Source: Eukaryota sp. TZLM1-RC (Eukaryota; Protista; Metamonada: BaSk clade). Taken from it: a DNA stretch of 64,000 nt. Positions within the stretch are counted from its first letter, which is position 1; the number at the start of each line of letters is the position of its first letter. Of the stretch, positions 26,394 through 38,819 are shown piece after piece. The DNA lies in assembly GCA_040285825.1 (NCBI GenBank), contig JAUPSS010000004.1, forward strand, positions 1,116,001-1,180,000, written 5' to 3'. The translations under genes and the position numbers were made by a program. The notes under the pieces are model-generated. The model ran no database searches. It was not told the DNA's origin and saw only the letters and a program-made list of their open reading frames with translations.

Positions 26394-26799
26394 TTGAAAC
26401 CTGCTTTTGTTCCCTTTTTCCAGTGTATTTTGAACCTCTTTGTATTCAAATATACATCAAAAACACTCTGAAGAACAGTTATTTATTCTTCAAGATAAAA
26501 GCTAATAACTATAGTTTGACCTTTAAAGGTGATAGTGTACGGATAACTTAGGAATAGGTTTACTTGATCCTAGTGTATATCAAGAAACTCATTTTTTTGA
26601 AAAGATCTTGGTTGTCCTAATTGAGCCTCCTTACCATAAATCGATTGCCTTTGAGTTCAGTTGTCGGTATTGGTTAACTTTATATTATAGTTTCTTATAG
26701 TTTAGGTATATTTGTGCTCTAGCACTTAAGTGGAAGGAACCACTTTTACCTTCGTAATAAATAACTTTATGTTTTAACTTGGTATCAACCCTCACCAAA

Positions 26800-26886
26800 T
26801 ACCATCCTGATGACCCCAACCAAGTCAGTCTAGCTAGAGAACTATCTGAGCTCAGGAGAAGACTTGAAGAACAAGATCAATATTAA
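26800..26886 (+). pseudogene. Remnant related to the Gag-like ORF at 184-3063
   Basis: DDPNQVSLARELSELRRRLEE resembles EDPAQIALANEVARLREELE. Confidence 0.5.
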
Positions 26887-27401
26887 CTGTAAAAAAAGTT
26901 GATGATAAAGAGGCTGTATCGACTACCATTCAAAACGAGTCACGAGTTTGTTTAAATCTATATCATGCTTATAATTACAATCATCAATACATTGAAGTAA
27001 TAAAGTTTCTTTAATATTTGTACTTTATTTACAGAATCATTGACCTAAACATCATGCGTTCACCATAAATTATTCAATTATTATTAAATTAATTCCAAAA
27101 TTGTTTATTAAATCATATATCAACAGGGGGAACTTTCATTGATTACAGGTGTTTATATAGATTTTGTGATTGATCAAATGATTTTTTTGAAAATTAGGTG
27201 TGGAAAACTTAACATAAATTTTTCACAGGAGGTTATTATGACTTGGATCATAAAGATGTGAAAGCGTAAGTATCTGTCAACATGCAAAGAAAATGAGGAA
27301 ATTTGGGAATACTAATAAATCAAGTGAACAATTCTGAATTGTATTGTTTGAATATCAATCATTATGGTCAAAAGAGAGAACTTGTTATCCAAGAACTATT
27401 A

Positions 27402-27596
27402 TTTTTTTACCAAAATTTTAATTTTATTCAAAACCTATAAATCAACATCTAAAAAATCCATCTCTCCCAGAACAAAAACACTAGATTCAACTCTCTCATA
27501 GTGAGATCCAAGAGAAAGCAAAGCATCAGAAACCATCTTCAACATCCCCTTAAAAATAGAAAACACAATTCTATTTTGCCAAAACAATCTGTTGAA
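27402..27596 (-). mobile_element. Family B 3' stub
   Basis: B C-terminus and tail; imperfect AACTAT.ATT flanks. Confidence 0.85.
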
Positions 27597-27830
27597 ACTA
27601 TAATTATCTTTTCTTAATAACATTTCTTCTTTAAATCGTTGAAATTTACCATCACACTCAAAATCAAGTGACATTTTTACAACATACTTATAATGAATGA
27701 AACAATTTATTATAGAAATTGCTGGTGAATGTGGTGGTACATAGTTGCCATGTAATTTATTTTCAATATTTTGTAGAAATTTTCACCTTCCTTTACCTAT
27801 TGAATGATGATTAACAATAACCACCACATT

Positions 27831-28378
27831 TTTTTACATATATATTTATTTTTAAAACTGGAATAATTATTGAGATAAAAAACGCATCTAGAATTCAATA
27901 TCCTCCAAACAAGCGTCACTATTACTGAACCTACTCACAGCATTACGTTCATATTCTACACCAATAGCTAAAAGTGCCTTTGAAATCATTGTTGGAATAG
28001 ACTTGAAAATGCAAAAAAACAATTCTATTTAACCAGAAAGTGGAGTTCATTGTTTTACCAGACCTATTCAGTAACACTCTTTTGAAATTCTCAAAAAAAG
28101 TGCAACCCTGAAGGTCCAATATTGCCAAAAAGAGAAATTGCAAACGGCACAAACTGATATTTCACATGTTCCACTCTACCTAACTGTGCCAAAGGTTCTT
28201 CATATTTTTTATCTTCTTTTTTTCGGCGTTAGATAACGGCGAGTCAGCGGAATACACTAAGCGAGCAGCAGAATTTTGCAAACATCCACTGAGACAACGT
28301 CTACAACATTGATAACACCATCGATCCCTGGAGCTACTAAATCTGCCCTTCTTTTACCAAAGGAATCATCAGTTTGAC
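27831..28378 (-). mobile_element. Family F, 5'-truncated and degenerate RLE
   Basis: GKRRADLVAPG..VVDVVSVDVC...DACLEDIEF*. TSD ACCACCACATT at 27820-27830 and 28379-28389. Confidence 0.88.
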
Positions 28379-28884
28379 ACCACCACATTGGTTCAATCGT
28401 CGAAACTTGGTCAGTATGAGACTGAAACGAAGAATGTCGTTATCAGTTCTTATAAGTAATAACCGCAATTAATTATAGCATTAACATAACTATTAATGCA
28501 AGAAAATTCAACAACCGAAAATTAATTCAATTATTTACTATTTACATTTATAATATGCAACTTAACATAATTCGATGGAGCCAACAACAAATATATCAAA
28601 TGTGTTTAATTTGAATAAAAAGTTGAAATAAAAACGTTGACCCGTTGTAAACAATATGAGTAAGTAAGTTTAACAATTTTAATTAACATGTTTTGCTTTT
28701 TGAAAAACATTTCGAAGTACCAGAGCTCAATTTCAATTTGAGTGATCGTTTGATATAGTTTCTCTTTATTGGTTTGATTTGCTAATTGATTATCATTTTT
28801 TATTTAACAATATTTGATAAAAACTAAAAATAGATAAAAGTATTATTAATAAACAAGGTTATTTATTAAATAGACCACAGTACT

Positions 28885-31800
28885 TTATAATCTTCTTCTT
28901 CTTGAGTGTCTGGCAAGTCTTCTTTTACAATCTTCTATCCTTTTATCAGCTCTTGGATGACCAGCATTCTTGGCCTTTTCATACCATTCAATAGCTTTTT
29001 TTTTCTCTCCCTCCCTTAGTCAACCCTCTCATATTTCACTTTCTGTCACGGCGTCAAAGTCGTACTGTGTCTTTGCCAAAACGATGCCAGTGACTGACAG
29101 TGACTCTGATACTGATTGGAATGCCCAAGCAAAGATTCTACCCATCAGATCAAACTCATCCCCTTCACTTCTCCACTCTCCCCACCCTTCAAGCTATGCT
29201 CGAAATTCTTCTCAAAAAAATTTGAAAATTTTTAAAAAAGACTTTTTGCCTTTGTGTGATGCCCCTGATATTACGCCTGAAAAAGTGCAAAAAAGAAGAC
29301 ATACCTGTTCCAAATGTGGCAAGGTTGGTCATAACATTAGAAAATGTCCTGATATTATTACCGAAAAATGAGACTGAAAACCAATATTTCTATTGTTAAT
29401 AGTTTGCAAACGCCATCCGAACTAAATCTTCCTCCTGTTCCCAATGTTTCTGCTGATGATGTTAATTATGATTTAAATATTGATCAAACTCATTTACCAA
29501 AAACTGTTGCTCCTGATCCTACGGATAATGTCTTGAAACATAGTTGTCCTTTTGCAAAAAGTTCCTCTCTAATTCTTCTAATGGTCGCCCTCTATTGTTT
29601 TGTTTTTGACTGTCAAACAAGTGATTCTCTTCGTACACCTGTTAAAATTCCTGTAGAGGTGAGTCCTGCCAGTTCTGTTCCTTTGTCAATGGAAATGCGT
29701 TCTTTTTCTTCGCAATTGAAATTAAACAAATGGAACATAACAAGATTTTGGAAATTCTTTGCCAAAAAGAATAAGAAGAAAAATTAATTACAAACCAAAA
29801 CAGAGAAAAGCTAATTCATCTTTTCAAGCAAAAAAATTGTTTTTGAGAGGTAGATATGGAAGCGGATTAAAAAATATTTTTCGGGAAAACTGGCTGATAC
29901 CAATCTCGAAACTGTTGAAAAATTGAAATCCCTCCATCCAACTGAACATTTTTGCCCCAGTAAGCCTTCTATTTGTCAATATTGGCTCGAAAATCCATTT
30001 CAGGCTCACGAAGTATTGAATGCCGTTGCTAAATTACCAAAAGGAAAAGCTGCTGGTCCTTCAGGCATTTCCTTTGATTTGTTAAAAACTGCCTGTAAAA
30101 ATGCTCCTGAAATTGTTGAGGATCTTGCTTCCTATTTTCAAAATTTAATGTGTTTAAATTATGTTCCTCCGCCTGAATTGACTGCTGCCCGTTTAGTTGC
30201 TTTAGTTAAACCTGGTAAAGGTGACAAACCTGATGGAGTTAGACCAATTGCTATTGGAGAGTCATTAACCAGATTGCTTTCTTCGCTTATTTTTAACAGA
30301 ATTTCTACTAAAGCAAGGGACTATTTGAAGCCTTTCCAATTTGGTATAAAAACTGTTGAAGGTGCTTCTGTTGCTTCAATGACTTCAGATGTTTTTTTCA
30401 ATAGTCAACAGCATCAATATATTTTCAATTTGGATTTCAAAAATGCTTTCAATTCTGTGAAACGTAATTGTATTTTTGATGTCCTTCTTCATGATTTTCC
30501 TGAACTTACTGCATATTTTTATTTATTTTATGGAAAAAATCAGACTTAATTTTTGACTCCTTTACCCTTGAATCTTCTTCTGGTGTGAAACAAGGTGATC
30601 CTCTAGGCCCTTTGCTGTTTTGTTTGGCTATTCATAATATTATTAAAATGACACAACAAGATTTCCCTGATTTGCGTATTGTTGCCTATATGGATGACAT
30701 TTCTATTATTGGTTCTTTTGAAAGCATTTCTAGGGTTTCTGAAGACATTGCGGCGAAATACAAAGAAATTGGTTTAGCTTTGAACCCATCTAAATGTCTC
30801 TTGATTGGTAGAGAAAAACAATCTTTGATGATTGGTGGAGCTCAGATTCCTTTTATCAATTATGACCATCAAGCTTTTAAGTTTCTTGGATGTTGGCTTG
30901 GCAATTTGGATGAAATTTATTCCCAGTTAAACAATTTATTGGAGAAGTTTGACAAGGATCTTAGTTTTATTGCTGAATGTGACATTGAGAAACACATCAA
31001 ATTTTTTTATTTTAAAAATTTGTTATTCTGGAAAATTCACTCATATTTTAAGGTCAACTCCCCTTCGGTATCTCTCAATTTTTGCAGATCTTTTTAACAA
31101 ACTTCGAGTCAAATTTTTTTCTTCTTTATTAGAAGTAAATGAATCTTTAATTCGAAGTCATGTATTTTGTTCAGCAGATTTGGGTGGAATTGGATTCACC
31201 AAATCTTCGATTCTGTGTAAAGCAGCATTTTTGGGAGGTGGTAAAATTTTGTTTTTGAATTTTTCCAAAGGTTCCCTTTTGATGTTCATCTGATCAATGG
31301 TGAATCAAATTTTTACTTGAATCAACTGCAATTTGAATTAGAAAATTTGCCTAGTGATATCTGGATTCAGTGTTTTCCTCAAAATGTTCAAGAAATTCCC
31401 ACTCGATCACTTCCAAATTTACGTTTTTGCTTGAAAAAGCTTCAGCACCATCTGGTTAAATTATATGAAGGCTTGGATTATGAAGTAAGACTTGGCTTGG
31501 CCAAAACTAAAAATCCCGCTTTCGGTAATTTTTTAAAGGATATTCGTCATAGTTCAGCTGCTGCTTTAGTAACTCAAGTTCCCTCTGTTTATGGACTTTT
31601 GTTAAAAGACAATGAATGGCTTCTAAACATGCGTTTTCGTTGTTTTCTGTGGCCAAACAATTTGCCCAATCATTTAACTTGTAAATGTGGTAAACCTCTT
31701 TTGTTTACTCATCTTTTGAACTGTAAACATTTCATTACGTTTAGAAGCAAAGTGCATAATAACGTCAGGGACCAAATTTATGTAATGTGCAAATCATATC

Positions 31801-33460
31801 GTGTAGATTCCTTTTTAGAACCGCTGTTATCAAAATTAATTCTTGATGATCCCAATATTGATAGTACGCGTTACAACAGAGCTTCTATGGGTCTGACTAG
31901 AGGTGATCTAGTTGTTCCTGGTTTAAATGGTAGTTTTACTATTTTGGACGCCATGTCTATTGACCCTTGTAATTCCTCTAACGAACATTTCATTAACTCG
32001 GATGTAAATAATCCTCTTCTTGCAGGCGAAAAATATAAAATTGCTAAATATGCGAAACCCATTTCCTCGGTTAATGAAAATTCTCATGCCCAATATAATT
32101 TATGTCCATTTGTTTTTTTCTTTGCTTGGATCTCTAGGTAAGGCTGCTATGGCTTTCCTGGAGGATTTTGTTGTAGTTGTAAAGGAAAGAACTGGAAGAA
32201 TTTTCAATCGTGTTTACTGGCAAAACAGGATTGTATTTTCTATTTTTAAGGGAATGGTAACACTAATTTCTGATTCACTATCTTCTTTTGGGAAATTTTC
32301 TGAATCTTTAGCGATTAATTGTTTTGATGTAGGGGAGGCAGGTTTTGAGGATGTGGAGTTTTAATTGTGTATTTCATATTTGTTGTTGAATAAAAAGTTT
32401 TAGAAAAAAAAAAAAAAAAATTCAATAGCTTGGTAAAGGTCTTTAGGTACACCGTTACCGTGTTCATAACAAACACCTAAATTGTATATTCCATTCTCAT
32501 CACCCAATTCAGCTGCTTTTTGGTAATAAAACACTGCTTGAGAATAGTCTTGTTTAACAAAACGAGCAAGGCGAAAACATTGACCTAGACCAACCATAGC
32601 ACCGGTATGACCAGCATCAGCACCTTTTTTGAACCAATAAAAAGCTTGTTGATGGTCTTGATCAATACCTTTGCCATCTCTATAACAAACACCTAAATCA
32701 AACATAGCAACGCTGATACCAGCTTCAGCTGCCTTGCTGAACCAATCAACAGCTTGTTGGTGATCCTTTTCTACACCAAGACCATGGTTATAACAATAGC
32801 CTACATTAAACATAGCACCAGCATAACCAGCATCAGCAGCTCTTCTCCACCAAAAAACTGCTTCTTGGTAGTGTTCATCATTGTAAAATTCCGATCCTTT
32901 TTCAAACATTTGTTCAGGCGTATCATCATCACTTGACTCAACTTCCAAATTTTCAAACCCACCCTCCAAATTTTGGTCAAAATCACTACTATTGATCTCT
33001 TCTTGGTCCTCATTAGAAGAACTATCATAAGCTACTACTTGGTTAGGATTACCAAAATTCTGATTTTCTGCAAAATTATTATAGCAAATTTGGATTGAAT
33101 TAATTTGTTTTTTTAAGTCCTTTTCTTTTTGGGCAAGATCGTCAATTTTGGAATTTGAATCGGTAATTTCTATTCTCAAATCATTTATTAATTGATCTCT
33201 ATTATTGATTTCTCGATCCTTTTCAAACAAAGTTTGGCTTAATTCTTGATTTCTAGAGACAAGATTAGAGTTCTGAAGTGTTAATTCTTGGTTTAATTCA
33301 TCAGAATTAGATTGAGCATGTTGTAAATTTTGAATTTCATGACTTAATTCTTGAATTGTCTGATTTAAATCCATCATAGATTTTCGGAAATTTTCATTTT
33401 CTAGGCTCAAATCTTCATTAATTTGGTCTTTTTCAGCACAATTTTGACAATTTTGCAAAA
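28885..33460 (-). pseudogene. Coiled-coil + Sel1-like-repeat protein gene, interrupted by A and fused at its 5' side to C
   Basis: About 5 SLR units (AMFNVGYCYNHGLGVEKDHQQAVDWFSKAA). DLYQAIE|WYEKAKNAGHPRADKRIEDCKRRLARHSRRRRL* rejoins across the TSD. Confidence 0.88.
28998..32419 (+). mobile_element. Family A, full length (~3.4 kb), with homopolymer frameshifts
   Basis: 5' leader, CSKCGKVGHNIRKC knuckle, RT, RLE and poly(A). TSD ATTCAATAGCTT at 28986-28997 and 32420-32431. Confidence 0.95.
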
Positions 33461-33469
33461 ATTAGAATT

Positions 33470-34546
33470 AGAATTATCAATCCAATCACAGTATACATCA
33501 CCTCTATCATCAGAACCAAAATTATTCAGAGAAAGTGTTTCCTTCAGCAGGGGCTCTTTGATACACGATATCCTTGCAGTTTGTGCCATATTGAAAACAG
33601 TGTCTCTAACAGCATCATGTAATGAAGAACGATAAGTTATCAATTTAGAGCAATTCAGAGCATGGCGCAAAATGGGTTGAGGTGAATTCGAACAAATACA
33701 TTTTTCTTTTGATAATAATTGGTTAATGGGGATGTTCAAATATAATCTCATTTTTGTTACAAATGCTTCATTAGTGGCACACAATCCAAATCTTCGTGGT
33801 ACAATGGTTACAAAAAGTGAAGAATCTGACGACTTGTTTTCACAAACACCCTTTTCCAATAACAATGAGTGAAGATCTTGATTTAAAACAGCCGAGCTGC
33901 ATATATTATTATAAAGATCTTTTCATACATTCCAGTCAATCTTTTCTGTAATGTTCGAAGAGTGTACTTCAAATTTAATACATTTTTTTCTGGAATAATG
34001 CCATTGAATGATTGGGGAAAACATCGACCCCATTTTTCTACATCAATTCTTGAAATTTCTTCATTTAATGCAAAAACAGTGGAACTTTGCGTTGTCATCA
34101 ATAAATCTTCCCAATCTGCAAATCTTTCGGAAAACTCAAAGATTGCATTTCTGCATCCACCAACAAAAGCACACGAGGTAAGAATAGAAGCCTTCGTCCA
34201 CCCTAAACCACCATAATGTGGACTAAGGTAAGCATGATCTGGAATTTGAAACATTTTACATCCCAGTAATTGAGACAGAACTTTTGCACGTAACTCATTA
34301 AACTTTTGAGCCAAAGGTCTAGTGACGAGAGGATTTGTAGATCGAAATATATGATTAAAATTGGAACTAAAACAGAGTCTTATAATGGTAAATTTGATGT
34401 GTTTTTTTATATCCAAATTCATCATTCGGTCAATTTTGTCAGAAATTGAGTTCAACTTTTCAAACAATTTTTTGGTAATTTCATCATTATTTCCTAAAAA
34501 CGAACCCAAATGACGAATAGCATCAATTGAATATAATTTGGCTTGA
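33470..34546 (-). mobile_element. Family C internal fragment
   Basis: QAKLYSID...DWIDNS; neither terminus is present. Confidence 0.88.
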
Positions 34547-34632
34547 TTTTTTTTTCTCCCTCCGCTGGTCAACCCTCTCATATTTCACTTTCTGTCACGG
34601 CGTCCAAGTTGTTCTGTGTCTTTGCCAAAACG

Positions 34633-37374
34633 ATGCCATTGACTGATAGTGACTCTGATACTGATTGGAACGCCCAAGCAAAGATTCTACCCATCAGATC
34701 AAGCCCATCCCCTTCACTTCTCCACTCTCCCCACCCTTCAAGCTATGCTCAAAATTCTTCTCAAAAAAATTTGAAAATTTTTAAAAAAGATTTTTTGCCT
34801 TTGTGTGATGCCCCTGATATTACGCCTGAAAAAGTGCAAAAAAGAAGACATACCTGTTCCAAATGTGGCAAGGTTGGTCATAACATTAGAAAATGTCCTG
34901 ATATTATTACCGAAAAAATGAGACTGAAAACCAATATTTCTATTGTTAATAGTTTGCAAACGCCATCCGAACTGAATCTTCCTCCTGTTCCCAATGTTTC
35001 TGCTGATGATGTTAATTATGATTTAAATATTGATCAAACTCATTTACCAAAAACTGTTGCTCCTGATCCTACGGATAATGTCTTGAAACATAATTGTCCT
35101 TTTTGCAAAAAGTTCCTCTCTAATTCTTCTAATGGTCGCCCTCTCTTGTTTTGTTTTGACTGTCAAACAAGTGATTCTCTTCGTACACCTGTTAAAATTC
35201 CTGTAGAGGTGAGTCCTGCGAGTTCTGTTCCTTTGTCAATGGAAATGCGTTCTTTTTCTTCGCAATTGAAATTAAACAAATGGAACATAACAAGATTTTG
35301 GAAATTCTTTGCCAAAAAGAATAAGAAGAAAATTAATTACAAACCAAAACAGAGAAAAGCTAATTCATCTTTTCAAGCAAGAAAATTGTTTTTGAGAGGT
35401 AGATATGGAAGCGGATTAAAAAATATTTTTTCGGGAAAACTGGCTGATACCAATCTCGAAACTGTTGAAAAATTGAAATCCCTCCATCCAACTGAACATT
35501 TTTGCCCCAGTAAGCCTTCTATTTGTCAATATTGGCTCGAAAATCCATTTCAGGCTCAAGAAGTATTGAATGCCGTTGCTAAATTACCAAAAGGAAAAGC
35601 TGCTGGTCCTTCAGGCATTTCCTTTGATTTGTTAAAAACTGCCTGTAAAAATGCTCCTGAAATTGTTGAGGATCTTGCTTCCTATTTTCAAAATTTAATG
35701 TGTTTAAATTATGTTCCTCCGCCTGAATTGACTGCTGCCCGTTTAGTTGCTTTAGTTAAACCTGGTAAAGGTGACAAACCTGATGGAGTTAGACCAATTG
35801 CTATTGGAGAGTCATTAACCAGATTGCTTTCTTCGCTTGTTTTTAACAGAATTTCTACTAAAGCAAGGGACTATTTGAAGCCTTTCCAATTTGGTATAAA
35901 AACTGTTGAAGGTGCTTCTGTTGCTTCAATGACTTCAGATGTTTTTTTCAATAGTCAACAACATCAATATATTTTCAATTTGGATTTCAAAAATGCTTTC
36001 AATTCTGTGAAACGTAATTGTATTTTTGATGTGCTTCTTCATGATTTTCCTGAACTTTCTGCATATTTTTATTTATTTTATGGAAAAAAATCAGACTTAA
36101 TTTTTGACTCCTTTACCTTTGAATCTTCTTCTGGTGTGAAACAAGGTGATCCTCTTGGCCCTTTGCTGTTTTGTTTGGCTATTCATAATATTATTAAAAT
36201 GACACAACAAGATTTCCCTGATTTGCGTATTGTTGCCTATATGGATGACATTTCTATTATTGGTTCTTTTGAAAGCATTTCTAGGGTCTCTGAAAACATT
36301 GCGGCGAAATACAAAGAAATTGGATTAGCTTTGAACCCATCTAAATGTCTCTTGATTGGTAGAGAAAAACAATCTTTGATGATTGGTGGAGCTCAGATTC
36401 CTTTTATCAATTATGACCAACAAGCTTTTAAGTTTCTTGGATGTTGGCTTGGCAATTTGGATGAAATTTATTCCCAGTTAAACAATTTATTGGAGAAGTT
36501 TGACAAGGATCTTAGTTTTATTGCTGAATGTGACATTGAGAAACACATCAAATTTTTTATTTTAAAAATTTGTTATTCTGGAAAATTCACTCATATTTTA
36601 AGGTCAACTCCCCTTCGGTATCTCTCAATTTTTGCAGATCTTTTAACAAACTTCGAGTCAAATTTTTTTCTTTTTTTATTAGAAGTAAATGAATCTTTAA
36701 TTCGAAGTCATGTATTTTGTTCAGCAGATTTGGGTGGCATTGGATTCACCAAATCTTCGATTCTGTGTAAAGCAGCATTTTTGGGAGGTGGTAAAAATTT
36801 TGTTTTTGAATTTTTCCAAAGGTTCCCTTTTGATGTTCATCTGATCAATGGTGAATCAAATTTTTATTTGAATCAACTTCAAATCGAATTTGATAATTTG
36901 CCTAGTGATATCTGGATTCAGTGTTTTCCTCAAAATGTTCAAGAAATTCCCACCCGATCACCTCCAAATTTACGTTTTTGCTTGAAAAAGCTTCAGCACC
37001 ATCTGGTTAAATTATATGAAGGCTTGGATTATGAAGTAAGACTTGGCTTGGCCAAAACTAAAAATCCCGCTTTCGGTAATTTTTTAAAGGATATTCGTGA
37101 TAGTTCAGCTGCTGCTTTAGTAACTCAAGTTCCCTCTGTTTATGGACTTTTGTTAAAAAACAATGAATGGCTTCTAAACATGCGTTTTCGTTGTTTTCTG
37201 TGGCCAAACAATTTGCCCAATCATTTAACTTGTAAATGTGGTAAACCTCTTTTGTTTACTCATCTTTTGAACTGTAAACATTTCATTACGTTTAGAAGCA
37301 AAGTGCATAATAACGTCAGGGACCAAATTTATGTAATGTGCAAATCATATCGAGTAGATTCCTTTTTAGAACCG
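34633..37374 (+). CDS. Family A ORF (zinc knuckle, RT), with 5' leader from 34547 and 3'-truncated at FLEP
   Basis: Open frame from the ATG at 34633 with CRE-type RT motifs. Confidence 0.9.
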
Positions 37375-37873
37375 AAATGAGTTTGATCAATATTTAAATC
37401 ATAATTAACATCATCAGCAGAAACATTGGGAACAGGAGGAAGATTTAGTTCGGATGGCGTTTGCAAACTATTAACAATAGAAATATTGGTTTTCAGTCTC
37501 ATTTTTTCGGTAATAATATCAGGACATTTTCTAATGTTATGACCAACCTTGCCACATTTGGAACAGGTATGTCTTCTTTTTTGCACTTTTTCAGGCGTAA
37601 TATCAGGGGCATCACACAAAGGCAAAAAATCTTTTTTAAAAATTTTCAAATTTTTTTGAGAAGAATTTCGAGCATAGCTTGAAGGGTGGGGAGAGTGGAG
37701 AAGTGAAGGGGATGAGCTTGATCTGATGGGTAGAATCTTTGCTTGGGCGTTCCAATCAGTATCAGAGTCACTGTCAGTCACTGGCATCGTTTTGGCAAAG
37801 ACACAGTACGACTTTGACGCCGTGACAGAAAGTGAAATATGAGAGGGTTGACTAAGGGAGGGAGAAAAAAAAA
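37375..37873 (-). mobile_element. Family A 5' end (leader to DQTH)
   Basis: Near-identical to 28998-29495. Confidence 0.9.
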
Positions 37874-37940
37874 CAATTGACAATTTTTGTTGAAGCTTTT
37901 TACAGCAAAACTGTAAATTAAAAATACTAAAATACTTTTT

Positions 37941-38771
37941 TTTACAAAAATACTACCTAGAATTTTTATTTCATGTTTGCAAGTGGTAAAGCTACACTTG
38001 GGTAGGCCAAGGTTAACTCTAAAACGTTTGGCGCGTTCTAGGACCGTACCTACTCTAGATAGAAATTCATCCAGGGTCGAAGCTACTATTATTATATCAT
38101 CGATATAAATAAATACGCCCTCAGAATCAAGTAATATTTCCATCATCATGTTTTGGAAGACTGCAGGAACGTTCTTCAAACCAAAACAAGCCCTTTTAAA
38201 ACTGATCGACATCCCGGGAATTGATACGGTAGTTTTATCAATATCCTCTTCTGCAATTTTGAGCTGCCAAAATGCCTTAGGTAAATCTAGAGTTGCTATA
38301 AAATTAGCTTTACTTAGAAACTCTAAAATGTCGCTAATCCTGGGCAAATTTGCCTCTACAGGTTTAGTTAAATCATTTACTCCACCAATACCACTAAAAT
38401 CGCCAGTTAATCGTGGTTTCCTGTGATCAGGGTAAATCACAAGACAGATGGGACTACTGAATTGAGACTTTGCGGGCACAGCAAATCCATTACGGATCAA
38501 TTCGTTAAAAATTTCCTCGGCTACCCGTTGTTTTTCTGGGTTTAATCTTCGAGGTTTCCTTTTGACGACCTTACTTTCGTCATAAAATGGAATGGTCATC
38601 GGCTGACAATCAATTCCATCCAGGTGAGGTAGCCCACTAAATACATTTCTATATTTTTCGAGTAGCACGACTAGGCGTTCCTCGTCCCTAATGTCATCCA
38701 GGCATATTCTACAGCCCAACTCATCTAACTCATGTCCAAATGTGGAATGCCCAAAATCATTACCTAAGTCT
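37941..38771 (-). CDS. Gypsy reverse transcriptase segment
   Basis: FSSPICLV, LDLPKAFWQ, FGLKNVPAVFQ, YIDDIII. Confidence 0.92.
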
Positions 38772-38819
38772 TTTTTTTTTAAATTTAATTTTATTCTAAA
38801 CCTAAAAACTAAACCTAAA
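38772..38819 (-). mobile_element. 48-bp family B tail insertion with a stuttered 5' junction
   Basis: TSD ACCTAAGTCT at 38762-38771 and 38820-38829. Removal restores NKSDLG|NDFGHS in frame. Confidence 0.88.

Larger units (their letters stand above)
20294..37876 (-). mobile_element. Composite insertion with a family A 3' tail at 20294 and a family A 5' leader at 37873
   Basis: TSD TTGACAATTTTTG at 20281-20293 and 37877-37889; the host B sequence resumes exactly. Confidence 0.75.
16152..37940 (-). mobile_element. Family B (~1 kb of own sequence: 16152-16329, 18515-18775, 19792-20293, 37877-37925) with nested inserts
   Basis: TSD TTTACAAAA at 16143-16151 and 37941-37949. Removal restores the Gypsy RT sequence ILGSIFVNKTRYIDESRI. 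Confidence 0.88.

Noticed and set aside
28996-29020. Polypyrimidine + AG trans-splice acceptor, or spliced-leader target, in the 5' leader
   Set aside because: The AG is absent from the 34547 and 57796 copies, and the leader lies inside the TSDs, so it belongs to the element.
28998-32419. Many frameshifts read as programmed recoding
   Set aside because: They fall in homopolymer runs and differ between copies, so they are mutation or long-read error. The same caution applies to the shifts at 187, 40312 and 55015.
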